Origin: an uncultured Acidobacteriota bacterium
GTDB taxonomy: Bacteria > Acidobacteriota > Thermoanaerobaculia > UBA5066
Direction: 5' to 3'
NCBI GenBank assembly: GCA_963779415.1
Contig: CAVZYA010000001.1
Location: 1,856,001 to 1,920,000 of the forward strand
DNA length: 64,000 nt
Below the pieces are notes generated by a model that saw nothing but the letters and a program-made list of their open reading frames with translations, made no database searches and was not told where the DNA came from. A program made the position numbers and the translations under genes. This document shows, piece by piece, positions 10,201 through 20,514 of the stretch. Position 1 is the stretch's first letter; the number at the start of each line of letters is the position of its first letter.

Positions 10201-10292
10201 TTCGCCAGTCGGTCACTTCCAACGGCCCGCTCTCTCTCTTCCCGTGATCGGCGTCGTGATCTTCTCCCCCCCGCCACCGGAGCCGGGGCCGT

Positions 10293-12011
10293 TCACCTCG
10301 AGGCATCTATGCGTCCCAGGTCGAGGACGGCCGTATCCCGAACACGAAATACCGCTGCAGCGTCGAGCTGTCTCCGGATCTCGAGCTCGCGCCCTCCGGC
10401 GGCCCGAACGGCGTCTTCTATATCACGATCGAAAGGGGCGAAGTACTCAAGTCTGCCTCCCCGGAGCGCCTCGAGGTCGACAACGAGATGTGTCACGCCG
10501 AATTCTCGATACAGCCGCATCAGCGGTTCCGGCGTCGTCGCAAAGAACGCATCGATCAACGCTCGCATTCTGCGACGCATTTCGAGTGTGTATTTGTCGT
10601 GAAATGCCCAATGCGTTTCGTAAGTCACGAAAGCGCGACGGCGTACGAGATACGGAACTGTATCGAAGAACTCCGATGGCCAGCCGGCGATCACGGAGTC
10701 CGAAGGCAACGTCTCGAGAAACCGGTAAACGGGGTCCGCAGGGTCGGCCCGTCTGTTCAACCCTGCATCCCCGGATCCCCTGCTTCCAAGCAGGACGAGG
10801 GTCGCGATCCCGAACATCCCAACAGCCGTTTGCGAGAGCCAGCGCCGCCGCGCAGCGGACGAGCCTGGTATGAGGCCAGCGGCGCCGGCCCCGAGCAGGA
10901 CAATCGCGAATGGAGGCAGCGCGTATGCGACGTAACGATTCGGCAAGTACAGGGCCGGGAACAAGGGCTGGGCAATTACGTAACCCGCCAGCGCCGCGAT
11001 TGGCAGAAGCGTGATCCGGCGAACCTGGGGGCTCCGGATGAGGAGCCTCAGCCATCCGATCGACGACAGAACCAGCATAGCCAGGAGCGTCACCAGCAGC
11101 CTTCGACCGGACCCGTTCGACCGGATCCACCGCCCCACGACCGAGATCGGAGTGCCGGCTCCAGGGACCGCGGAACCGATGACGGATTCCGTCTCGCGAA
11201 CGAATCCCCGAAACGGAGGTCGATTGCTGGGGCTGTTCCGCCCCCCGGGCCCCGCCTCCGGAAACTCCGCCGACCGGTCCGCCGTGATGAGTCGTCCGAA
11301 CCGAGCCGAGAGAATCTCGACAGGCAGCAGAATCACGACGGCGATGCCCGCGACGCCAAAAAGAGCGCCGATCCGCTTCCCCGGAGCCCACGATGCGGCA
11401 GGCCCTCTCTCCTCGGAGATCGGATGGAACAGCAGTATCGCCAGGCATATGCCCGCAAGGACCCCGGCAATCGGATAGAAGGCCGCCCCAAGCCAGACCA
11501 GCAGCGAGAGCGCCCGAATGCTGCCGTACGCGAGCGCCACCAGAACACCGGCCAGAATGGGAAAGCCAAACGAGCGCGGCAGACCACCGGCCATCTGAAA
11601 GAGGAACGCGCCGCTCCCGAAGCAGAGACACGCAGACGTCCATGCCGCAAGAACACCTGCAATCCTGTAAGCGACGAGCGCGATGCAATAGACGGTCACT
11701 AACAACAGCACGTAAGGAAGGGCCTTGCTGAGCGTCGTTGCGCCGTTCAGATGCGCCGCAGCGGTATAGAGGCCTCGATATCCCACCGGGAGACATGCCA
11801 GGTCGTAGTCAGAAGCATAATCACCACGGAGTGCGGGAGATTCGTACCGGAAAAAGGGAACAATGTGTTGACGAACATCGTCGTTGAAGACGGACGGATC
11901 TCTAGCCAGCTGAATGTGAGAGTACAGAGCCGGGCCGTAGATCGCGGCGATTGTGACGACAAAGAACCCGGCAATCGCGATGGCGCGGAACGTCGGACGC
12001 AGAGGGGTCAC
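10293..12011 (-). CDS. Multi-pass membrane protein, GT-C-like
   Basis: 572 aa with ~10 hydrophobic helices; DD motif (FNDDVRQH) after the first TM; soluble C-terminal domain ending in GVTHLVVD. Confidence 0.7.
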   Translation of the reverse strand: MTPLRPTFRAIAIAGFFVVTIAAIYGPALYSHIQLARDPSVFNDDVRQHIVPFFRYESPALRGDYASDYDLACLPVGYRGLYTAAAHLNGATTLSKALPYVLLLVTVYCIALVAYRIAGVLAAWTSACLCFGSGAFLFQMAGGLPRSFGFPILAGVLVALAYGSIRALSLLVWLGAAFYPIAGVLAGICLAILLFHPISEERGPAASWAPGKRIGALFGVAGIAVVILLPVEILSARFGRLITADRSAEFPEAGPGGRNSPSNRPPFRGFVRETESVIGSAVPGAGTPISVVGRWIRSNGSGRRLLVTLLAMLVLSSIGWLRLLIRSPQVRRITLLPIAALAGYVIAQPLFPALYLPNRYVAYALPPFAIVLLGAGAAGLIPGSSAARRRWLSQTAVGMFGIATLVLLGSRGSGDAGLNRRADPADPVYRFLETLPSDSVIAGWPSEFFDTVPYLVRRRAFVTYETHWAFHDKYTLEMRRRMRALIDAFFATTPEPLMRLYREFGVTHLVVDLEALRGGRLEYFAPFDRDIEDAVRAAGGRELEIRRQLDAAAVFRVRDTAVLDLGRIDASR

Positions 12012-12544
12012 GAAATACCGGTCCTTACGTCGACACGCCGCACCCGGTCAAAGCCCCGGCTCAGCGTTCGCGAGGCAGCCACTCGGCCTACCCCATTTCG
12101 AACCAATAACACAAACAGCGTGCTACGTTGACCTCCCTGACTCTTCGTGATTACGGCGCGCTATAGGCCATCAATACTATGCTCTCAGGCATCCGCCTTC
12201 AACAGCGGCTTTCCCGCTCGTCCAGGCAGACGACAAAGCCTCAGCCGAGCTCGCTCTAGGCGTCCCGCGTGTGGCGCAGGAGGTCCGTCCGGTCCAGGTG
12301 CCCCATCCGGTGGAAGTATCAACTGATTCGGTGTCACGCCTTGTTCGTTGAGCGTCACAAGTGAGAGCTTTCCCTCTCGGAAATTCCCTTCAGGACGGCC
12401 TTTCGTGGCCGTCCGCCGTCTCTCACTCCTTTCGTTCGCCGCCAGGAACTCGCCGGCTTTACTACCAGCTCCGCCACCGCAACCGGGAGGACGTTCACCG
12501 GAACGGCCGCCACGGCTCCTGCCGACACTTCCCGGGATCTTCGC

Positions 12545-12760
12545 GACATCGCCTCCGCCACGCCCACCTTTCAGCAGATCTCCTCGATCGGCATCCCCGC
12601 TTCCCCCTGTCGAAGCGCCACCCTGATCTGCTTTTCCCTGTACCGGCCCTACCCTCACCGATCCGTCCTCCCGGCCCCTCCCAGAGCCTCAGAACGAACC
12701 GAAATCTACGCCCCCTTTACGAGAAGCACCCCTCACAAAGAATCGGCGGTCAGGCCCCTG
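12545..12760 (-). mobile_element. Degenerate IS3-family (IS407-group) transposase orfA remnant plus left end
   Basis: Reverse translation YREKQIRVALRQGEAGMPIEEIC*KVGVAEA with an internal stop; flank aligns with 36760-36860. Confidence 0.65.
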
Positions 12761-12931
12761 GATGTGCCGTTCGAAATGGTCCTCCCCGGACGCCCTGGCG
12801 TGTCGCCCGTCGATGAAGACGTTGGGGCGTCCAGACCCGGGAAAGGGTGAACCACAGCGCGTCACCGGACCTTCCAGAGAAGACCCTGCCGAACCCGATC
12901 TGCCGACGCGGAAGGGATATGATTCAGTCAA

Positions 12932-13450
12932 ATGGCTCTGACTGGCATTCTCGTAGTCATACAGAAGGCCGCGCGAATCAGCTTTCTTGCGACGCTGGCA
13001 CTTTTCCTGATCCTTGGTGCCCCTACCGCGTTAATGAAGTCGCTCAGAAGAGTCAAGCAGGGGTGGGACCTTCGGCACGAGGCATTCATCGAATCGCGCA
13101 AGCGTCTCTTTGGAGCCGAGTACGTAGACGGCATAGAGGCCATTCGTAAATCGATATCCCCAGACGGCGAGTATCTGCTGGTACGAGAGCAAGGCGCGGA
13201 CGACGAGGCGGAACTTTGGGTCCGGTACGACCTGGCACCAAGGCGTGCAGTGTTCTTGGACCAATCCGTGTTTTCGCTTGCGCGAGGAGAAACACCGTCC
13301 CGGGGAGCAGTTGAAGCAGTGCCACAACTCGCGGTAATCGCGCGCGACCGTGGAAAGGCGCCACAGCTCGTCGCCACCACGCTGCTCTTCCCGGCAATTC
13401 AGGGGAGACAGCCCGTACCACGCGAAAATCCAGCGCCGTCTACTCGATGA
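12932..13450 (+). CDS. Hypothetical membrane-anchored protein (paralogue of 57486-58004)
   Basis: N-terminal TM; ESRKRLFGAEYVD..IEAIRKSI.PDGEYLLV..LW.RYDLAPRRA.FLDQS conserved in both copies; ATGA-coupled to the next gene. Confidence 0.75.
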   Translation: MALTGILVVIQKAARISFLATLALFLILGAPTALMKSLRRVKQGWDLRHEAFIESRKRLFGAEYVDGIEAIRKSISPDGEYLLVREQGADDEAELWVRYDLAPRRAVFLDQSVFSLARGETPSRGAVEAVPQLAVIARDRGKAPQLVATTLLFPAIQGRQPVPRENPAPSTR

Positions 13451-14925
13451 AGAGCGATCTGCTACGGTTTGCCTTCGGCGTCGGCGGGGTGGCGCTGTTC
13501 CTGAGCGCCGGCTTCGGCCTCTCCCAGCTATCGACCACGCTGCGGAGACGCTCACTGGCAATTCGCTTGGCTTACAGCTATTTGCTTGGTGTGGCCTATG
13601 TTGCTGGAGCAATGTATGTGACTTCCTACCTCCTCGGGCTTGCTCTCGAGCGCACGGTCATTCTTTCGATTGTCATCGTTCCGGGCGGCGTGGCGTTGAT
13701 CCAATGGCTCTCCGCTCGACGTCGCGTGGCTCGGGGTCTAACTGGAGGCTACTGTTCGTGGAGGAGAGTTACCCGCGATCCGCTCCTCGGGGTGGTCACA
13801 GCACTAGGTATCCTCGTGTCGCTGGGAGTCCTGGCTGAAGCGATGACTAACCCGGTGACGGACCCAGATGGGCGGATTGAGTGGTGTCTTCAGGCGAAGT
13901 ACCTTCGAGCAGAACAGAGTGTCACCCCGAAGGCCCTGCGGGAGGCGCAGTGGTATGTGACTAACCGCGGATACCCGCTGTTGCTCCCTTTGGCGCAGGT
14001 GGCCATCCAACAAACGTTTTCGACGAATGAAGATGAACGTGTCTTTCGGCCCTTGTACGCAGCGTTCTTTCCAGTGTCTCTTCTGATTGTTTTTGAGGGC
14101 TCCGCACGCCTCGCCGGACGGCGATGGGCAGCGACGGCGGTTCTGATGGCATCGATTGTCCCTTTTCTTGCGTCTTCGAGTAACGGCGGAGCAGCGTCAG
14201 CGTGCAGCGATCTTCCACTTGCGTGTTTCTTCACCGGCGGGATACTTCTTCTTCTTGGCGATCGAAGGTCTCTCTCATCGACGATCGCTGCAGGCGCGCT
14301 TCTGGCAGCCTGCGTTCTGACAAAACAAGAAGGACTTGTGCTTGCAGTGGTGGCGGTTGCGGCCGGCTCGAGTGTAGTGTTTCCATTTTTTACACGACGT
14401 GTTCGTCCCCAACGGACAACTTACCTTATGGCAAGGCTGGGCTTTCCGGTTTTCGCGGTCGTGTCGGCTCTGGCGCTGCGAATGTCGTGGTCAGCGCGGA
14501 TTTCCCCAACGATGTTTGATTATGTGACGCCGCTGTGGAAGGTGTCGACATACCTCGAGTTTCTTCCCCGACTACTGAGAGCAGCACCTGAAATGCTCAG
14601 TGAGACTCTTAATCGACAGAAGTGGGGGCTTTTCTGGGCCGTCGTAGTGCTCGCTTTCATCGCAGGATTGCAGGCGTTTCGTTTCCGATTCTGCCGGCTA
14701 CTGCTGTTGGCTGCACTAGCTCCTTTGGCGGTGGCCTGCCTGGCATATGGCGTCGATCCGGGCTCCGGCTGGGTGGCAAGGCACAGCTGGAGCCGATTTC
14801 TGGCGCAGGCGTCGCTCCTGATTCTGGTGGTCCTGCCGTTCTTCGTGAAGCAGGCCATCGGAGGGATGTCTCCCCGAGTGTGGGTCCAGCGTAACTCTCG
14901 TGTTCGAGGTGGTGTTTCGGTCTAG
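13447..14925 (+). CDS. GT-C-fold (ArnT/PMT-like) membrane glycosyltransferase, putative
   Basis: Many TM helices; D..D acidic loop, YPLLLP, SDLPLA, LTKQEG motifs; paralogue at 55927-57489. Confidence 0.75.
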   Translation: MKSDLLRFAFGVGGVALFLSAGFGLSQLSTTLRRRSLAIRLAYSYLLGVAYVAGAMYVTSYLLGLALERTVILSIVIVPGGVALIQWLSARRRVARGLTGGYCSWRRVTRDPLLGVVTALGILVSLGVLAEAMTNPVTDPDGRIEWCLQAKYLRAEQSVTPKALREAQWYVTNRGYPLLLPLAQVAIQQTFSTNEDERVFRPLYAAFFPVSLLIVFEGSARLAGRRWAATAVLMASIVPFLASSSNGGAASACSDLPLACFFTGGILLLLGDRRSLSSTIAAGALLAACVLTKQEGLVLAVVAVAAGSSVVFPFFTRRVRPQRTTYLMARLGFPVFAVVSALALRMSWSARISPTMFDYVTPLWKVSTYLEFLPRLLRAAPEMLSETLNRQKWGLFWAVVVLAFIAGLQAFRFRFCRLLLLAALAPLAVACLAYGVDPGSGWVARHSWSRFLAQASLLILVVLPFFVKQAIGGMSPRVWVQRNSRVRGGVSV

Positions 14926-15213
14926 CCGGCGGCTCCGGAGGGAACCGGGAGGTCGGATCGGGTTGGAAGACCCCGAGTTGAACGCGTAGCAATCGTCACG
15001 CAGTGGAAAACGAGGAAATATGCGTATCAGGCGTCGTCTCGTGGTGGGTGACAGCGAGGTCAGTCGACGTTCAATCGTCGAAGCAGCTCTGCTGCCGGAC
15101 GTACCTCCGCCTGTCGGGCTTGGGGGAGGAGTTCGCGAATCTCAGGGCCCGTCTCACAGGCCCGCATCCTGCCCGGCTACCGGGAGGATTCGCCTGAACA
15201 AGCCGTAAACTGA

Positions 15214-15375
15214 ATGTATGTCGATCAGGACGGCCGAAGGTCGATGCTCATAATCGCGCTCGCCGCCGACTCCGAGGAGCGCCTTGACATGACCGGCGAC
15301 TGGTTCACATGGGGCAACGACGCGGCGACGATGAGCCGGGGCGCCAGGGCGCTGGGCCAAGGGAGGTCTGAATGA
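15214..15375 (+). pseudogene. C-terminal relic of a paralogue of the downstream beta-propeller gene
   Basis: MYVDQDGRRSMLIIALAADSEERLDMTGDWFTWGNDAAT aligns with VTDQDGRRPWRLPALAAGTDGGIYITGDWFTQGSDTAT; TGA overlaps the next ATG. Confidence 0.6.
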
Positions 15376-16640
15376 GAAGCGTTACGCTGAAGTGGTACGG
15401 GCTCGTTGTTGCGGCGTTCGCGGTCGCGTGCATCGGTATGGCCGCACGCGGCGAAGAGGCCAGGAAGCTCGTGACCCGCTCCTGGAACCTCTGCGACTAC
15501 AAGACCGATCTCGACGGCCAGTGGGAGGGCTCGATCGTCGCCTCCGACGGAAACTGCTACTTCGCCAGCTCGACCCACTCCGGGCGGACCGGAGGGATGT
15601 TCTTCAAGTTCGACCCCAGGACCGAAAAGATAACCGTCCTCACCGACGACATCACCAGGGTCTGCGGCGAGGAACCGACCCGGGACGCCCCCCAGGGCAA
15701 GATCCACTCCGATGTCGACGAGATGGACGGGTGGCTCTACTTCGGCACCCACGAGTCCTATGGCACGCCAACCAGGCTCTATAAGGGTGCGCACCTCATC
15801 GGTTACGAGATGAAGACCGGCAAGCTCAAGGACTACGGGGTGCTCGAGCCGAAATACACCAACTACGCCGGGCTGGCCGCCGATCCGAAGAACAAGTGCG
15901 TCTACGTTTACCTCATCTATCCGGGCCAGAGAAATGACAAGCCCAGCTTCCTCTACAGGATCGACGTCAAGACGGGCCAGAAACGCAAGGTACACGAGTT
16001 CCCGGGGATGCTGGGCGACATGAAGGCTGGCGGCTACGACGCGGCGGTCTACTACATGTACTGCGACCCAGGCGGCGTCCTGTGGCTCCCCACCTGGAAG
16101 GGGCTCCTCGCCAGGTACGACCCGCCGAAGGACAAGGTCGAGCTGATCGACGGCGTGTTCCCCTTCAAGGCCGAGATGCCCCACCAGAACTGGACGTGGA
16201 TACAGCCGATCCCCGGGCAGAGCAAGGCGGCGGTGACCTGCGGCGACGGCCTCTACATATTCGACCCGTCGGGGGAAAAGCCCGGCTTCAAGCTCGTCGC
16301 CAGAATCGGGAAGACCGATCTCGGAATCGCCATTGCGGGGAACATCGTCTACTTCGTCCAGGACCTGCACCTCAAGGCGGTGGACATCGGCAAGGAGAAT
16401 CCGCCGGTGACAGACTACGGCTTCGTTACGGACCAGGATGGCCGCCGGCCATGGCGCCTGCCCGCACTGGCCGCGGGCACCGACGGCGGCATCTACATCA
16501 CCGGCGACTGGTTCACCCAGGGCAGCGACACCGCCACCACGCGCCTGAGCCGCGAGAGGAACATGGGAGAGGAGACGTATCCGGCCCAGAAGCGATGCGA
16601 GCGCTTCGCTTACGTGAAGGTGACGCCGCCGGGGAAGTGA
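15372..16640 (+). CDS. Secreted beta-propeller hypothetical protein
   Basis: Signal peptide; repeated blades (ASDGNCYFAS, DGWLYFGTH, DPGGVLWL, GTDGGIYIT); strong RBS GGAGG. Confidence 0.8.
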   Translation: MRSVTLKWYGLVVAAFAVACIGMAARGEEARKLVTRSWNLCDYKTDLDGQWEGSIVASDGNCYFASSTHSGRTGGMFFKFDPRTEKITVLTDDITRVCGEEPTRDAPQGKIHSDVDEMDGWLYFGTHESYGTPTRLYKGAHLIGYEMKTGKLKDYGVLEPKYTNYAGLAADPKNKCVYVYLIYPGQRNDKPSFLYRIDVKTGQKRKVHEFPGMLGDMKAGGYDAAVYYMYCDPGGVLWLPTWKGLLARYDPPKDKVELIDGVFPFKAEMPHQNWTWIQPIPGQSKAAVTCGDGLYIFDPSGEKPGFKLVARIGKTDLGIAIAGNIVYFVQDLHLKAVDIGKENPPVTDYGFVTDQDGRRPWRLPALAAGTDGGIYITGDWFTQGSDTATTRLSRERNMGEETYPAQKRCERFAYVKVTPPGK

Positions 16641-16709
16641 GCCCTTGGCGGGTGCACGCCATCCGACGGGTACCCGACCGAGCACGGATCCTGTCAGGAT
16701 GTCCGGCCT

Positions 16710-17750
16710 TCAAATGCTGCGAGCGCTCTGATCGATTCTGCGCAGCCAGCGCAGGACCCGCAGGGTGAACGCGCGCGTCCCAAATAGCAGCACGGGAGAA
16801 GAGACGACGATCAGGGCGGCGAGACGCCCCTTGCTCCCGGACCACCGCCACGCGGCGATGATCGTCTGACGCATCAACGAACGCTCGCCGCGCGCAGCAC
16901 AGAGGATCGAACCGTCCAGAAAGAGATCGACGATTCTGGGCCAGACCGTCGGATCCCGGCGCCACGCCGTCCTCTCCAGATTTCTTGCGATTGCAAGGTG
17001 AGCCAGAGCGAAGCTCCGAGCGTCTTCGAAGGGCTTCCTGATCGAAAGCCGATCGGGGGCGTCGACCTGTACGAAGCAGAGGGCCTCGGCCCGGTGCACG
17101 ATGGCAACTTCGTGACAACCTGCCCGGACGTCGTACTCCTTGTCTTCCCAGTTCCGGAGAGGGAGCCATGCTCCAATCGCATTCACCGCCGATCGCCGCC
17201 AGACGCACGAGCCTGTCGCCCATGGCCTTCTCCACAGCACCGTGGGAAGGAACCCGTCACAGGTCGGATCCCCGCCCCGAAAGACCTCCATGGCATCCTC
17301 ACCCTTCATGGCGACCGATGCGCAGTACGCCATCCCCGCACCGGGCGAGGCGCGGAGTGCCGTCACCAGAACGTCGAGAAAACGTGGCGCCCAGAAGTCG
17401 TCCGAATCAAGGTAGGAAACGTAAGCCCCCGTTGCCACCCTCCGACCGGCCTCGCGTGCGGTGCCTGGCCCGCTGTTGGTCTCGAGCCGAAGAAGCCGTA
17501 CGGCCACGTCACGTCGCCGATCGCCGCCGGGCACGACGTAAGGCACCGGCGATGCGTCGTCGACAATCACCAACTCGATGGCGGGGTAAGTCTGCGCGAA
17601 GACCGATCTGACGGCGCGGTCCGTCAGATCCGCGCGGGCATACGTCGGAATCACGACCGTGACGACTTCGGTTCCAGCAGAAGGCACCTGGCCGGTCCCG
17701 GACGAGGGCGTCCCTTCGCAGCTAACCCTCGTGAGTTCGTCCCGCGTCAA
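16710..17750 (-). CDS. Glycosyltransferase family 2 (start uncertain)
   Basis: VTVVIPTY, VDDAS, NSGPGTAR, YLDSDD, WED motifs. Confidence 0.85.
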   Translation of the reverse strand: MTRDELTRVSCEGTPSSGTGQVPSAGTEVVTVVIPTYARADLTDRAVRSVFAQTYPAIELVIVDDASPVPYVVPGGDRRRDVAVRLLRLETNSGPGTAREAGRRVATGAYVSYLDSDDFWAPRFLDVLVTALRASPGAGMAYCASVAMKGEDAMEVFRGGDPTCDGFLPTVLWRRPWATGSCVWRRSAVNAIGAWLPLRNWEDKEYDVRAGCHEVAIVHRAEALCFVQVDAPDRLSIRKPFEDARSFALAHLAIARNLERTAWRRDPTVWPRIVDLFLDGSILCAARGERSLMRQTIIAAWRWSGSKGRLAALIVVSSPVLLFGTRAFTLRVLRWLRRIDQSARSI

Positions 17751-17754
17751 GCTG

Positions 17755-19440
17755 TCACTCTCGCTCGGTCCTGCGACCGAAGGAAAGACGCGCCTTGACC
17801 CGGGAGGCCAACGCGCCGCGCAGCCTTTGCAAGGGCGATCTGGCCGGCTCGCGCAGCACCACCTCGACAATCGAGACGCCGCCCTCCCGGATCACTCGAG
17901 AGAGCGTCTCTTCGACGTCCCCTGCCAGCCTCACATAACGGGCCCCGACCGACTCCGCAAAACGGCGGAAGTCCGGATTCCGGAGTTCCGTCCCGTGAAG
18001 GTGCCCGTACGTGCCGAGCTGTTGCCCACTGATGGCGCTGTAGAGCCCGTCATTGAAGACGATCGCGGTGAGCGGTATCTCCTCGCGCACCGCCGTGAGC
18101 AGCTCGAGCCCTGAAATGGCGAAGCCGCCGTCTCCGAGGAGGGCGACCACGGTCCGGTCTGCGCGGGCGAGCCGCGCTCCGATGGCCGCCGGCAACGCGA
18201 AGCCCATTGCCTGAAGATTCGTCGGAAGGATGAGACCCCGGGGCCGGAGGACGCGAAAGTGGCGTCGCCCCAACATCTGGTGCCGGCCGGAATCGAGGAC
18301 CAGGCAGGATTCCGCGGGCATCGCACGGCGCAGGGCGGCGAAGAAGCCCTCGATCGACGCCGGCCGCCCTCCTCGAATCGTCGGCTCCGTACCACGTGGC
18401 GCCGCCTCCGTGACGCGCCGTCTCCATTGGCCGACCTCCTCCTCCGTGAAGCCCGAACCGATGGACGTCTCTGAAGACAAACGGCGGTTCAGGAGCGCCC
18501 TGATCACGGACGGGACGTCGGCGGCGAGGGTCGACGACGCGTCGTAATTCGCTCCGAGGACCGCTTCGGACGCGTCGACGTGGATCAGCCGATCCGGCGC
18601 GAGCCGAAGGCGGAAACCGTGCGCTCCGTTGTGAGAAAACTTGCAGCCCAGAGCCAGGACCAGATTCGCGCTATCGAGGAGTTCGTTCAGCAGGGGGACG
18701 CTTCCGCGATCGAAGCACAACACCCACGGGTTGTCCTCTGGTACGACACCGCGTCCCGACGTCGTCGTCACGAGCGGTGCCTTCAGGGTCTCCATGAGCT
18801 GGAGCAGCTCCGCCGCCGCGCCGTTCGCTCCCTGTCCGACGTAGAGCACGATGCGCCGCGCCCCGCACACCCGAAGTGCGATTTCGTCGACCGACGGCGC
18901 TTCTTGATGCGGACGCTCCGAGGGAGCGGGCGGCGACACCGTGCCTTCGTCCGAAAGAGTTCCGGGCGAGACCTGAACGACCACCGGTCCCGGCTCCCCG
19001 GCCCGGGAAACGGCATAGGCCTCTTCGAGCGTGGCTTCGACGCCCTCGGCGGTCCTGAGGTCGAAGACACGTTTCACCAGCGGCGCCACCACCGCCCGCT
19101 GGTCGAGTGCCTGGAGCTGGAACCGCCGGCCCGGGCCATCGGCCGGCCCCCCGACGATGTGCAGGACCGGGGCCGAATCCAGGAGAGCTTCGGCGAGCCC
19201 CGTCAGGGAATAGGTGAACCCCGGTCCCGGTATCGTCAGGAGCACGCCCGGGCGGCCCGAGGCACGCGCGTAGCCATTTGCCATGAAGGAGGCGGCCAGC
19301 TCGTGCGTTGCGACGATGGTTCGCAGACGCGATTTTCGAAGCGCCTCGAAGAGAGCGACGTTCTGCGTGCCGGGAAGACCGAAGACGGTCTCCACGCCGA
19401 GAGTCTCGAGGGCTCGACAAAGACGCTCGGCGCCGCTCAC
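17755..19440 (-). CDS. Thiamine diphosphate-dependent enzyme, acetolactate synthase-like
   Basis: FGLPG, HE..ASFMANGYARASG, GPG, MGFALPAAIGA, GDGG...FNDG ThDP motif. Confidence 0.9.
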   Translation of the reverse strand: MSGAERLCRALETLGVETVFGLPGTQNVALFEALRKSRLRTIVATHELAASFMANGYARASGRPGVLLTIPGPGFTYSLTGLAEALLDSAPVLHIVGGPADGPGRRFQLQALDQRAVVAPLVKRVFDLRTAEGVEATLEEAYAVSRAGEPGPVVVQVSPGTLSDEGTVSPPAPSERPHQEAPSVDEIALRVCGARRIVLYVGQGANGAAAELLQLMETLKAPLVTTTSGRGVVPEDNPWVLCFDRGSVPLLNELLDSANLVLALGCKFSHNGAHGFRLRLAPDRLIHVDASEAVLGANYDASSTLAADVPSVIRALLNRRLSSETSIGSGFTEEEVGQWRRRVTEAAPRGTEPTIRGGRPASIEGFFAALRRAMPAESCLVLDSGRHQMLGRRHFRVLRPRGLILPTNLQAMGFALPAAIGARLARADRTVVALLGDGGFAISGLELLTAVREEIPLTAIVFNDGLYSAISGQQLGTYGHLHGTELRNPDFRRFAESVGARYVRLAGDVEETLSRVIREGGVSIVEVVLREPARSPLQRLRGALASRVKARLSFGRRTERE

Positions 19441-19450
19441 GGTCGACCCA

Positions 19451-20514
19451 TCAGGAATCCGAAGGGCGCCGACGGAGGCGGTCCGCCGACGCCGCGAGCT
19501 TCTTCCGAAGGAACTTCGTCATCTCGCGGCTTCTCCGAGCCCAGCGAAAACGCGCCGACTCGGGGCTTTCCAGAAGAAGGCACAGGTGAAGGTCGCCTCC
19601 GAGCTGAGCCTTGAAGTGGGTCACGGGGTTGAGGGGGGCGTCCGTAAGGTCGTTCGCGGTGACTCCCTGCTCCGAGAGGCGCTTGAAGACATTCCACCGG
19701 AGAAAGGCCGTGGCTCCGAGATTGAGATACTGCCCGTCCGCGGCGGCGCACACCGTGTCCGACATGGTATTCGCGCCGACGAGAACCAGCTGGGTCGACA
19801 CCGACGGTCCCTGAGGCAGCCGGGCGTGGAACAGGCGGGCGAGGCCCCGGGATCTCAGGCGTCCGAAGAAACGCTCGAACGCCGCCCGGGGAAGGTAGAG
19901 GCGGACGCCCTTCCGCTCGTGAATCTGGGAGTGGAGGCGAAAGAAGCTGTCGAAGTCGTCATCCTCCGTCACGGAAAGGCCTTCGCGACCCGCCCGCTCC
20001 ACGAGCCGCCTGAGGTTCTGCTCCACGCGCGCCCAGAGCAGGTCCAGGTCCGAAAGTGGGACGGCATAGCTGTACTGAAGGCTTGCCGTCCAGCCTCTCG
20101 CGAGAAGAACCCGGACGTCGGTGATGGAGCTCCGGCATCGCAGCGCGATGTGGCCGTAGCCCCGGGCGGCGAGACCACTCGCCAGCGCCTCGAGGATTTC
20201 GTTCTGCCGCGAGGTCCGTTGGGAGGGGTAGCGGGTCTCGAAAGGCCGCAGGAGGATCCCGTTGTAGTAGAGAAGGAGCCGCGGCGAGACGTACGTTCCC
20301 AGACGCGACGTCCGCTCGTAGACGGCGACCCCACCGAGGATCTCGTCGCCCTTTTCGACGGCCAGAATGCGATAGCTCCCCCCGCCGCCTCGCAGAGGGC
20401 TTCGAGGTACTCGGGGGTGCTGTAGACGGCGCCCTGCGCCGACCGGGAGACCAGCTGGTTCCACGCCGGATAGTCGGCCTCCGCGAGGAACCGACTGGCG
20501 AGCCCTGCTCTCAA
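19451..20514 (-). CDS. GNAT/FemAB-like acyltransferase (one frameshift at C6 run 20378-20383)
   Basis: N-part ...WNQLVSRSAQGAVYSTPEYLEAL joins SYRILAVEKGDEILGG...NDLTDAPLNPVTHFKAQLGG; TTG start overlaps upstream stop. Confidence 0.75.

Noticed and set aside
20378-20383. Homopolymer frameshifts (also ~51976) as phase-variation switches
   Set aside because: The tracts are only 6-7 nt, and similar single indels hit ordinary genes (rfbC, ABC permease), which fits sequencing error better
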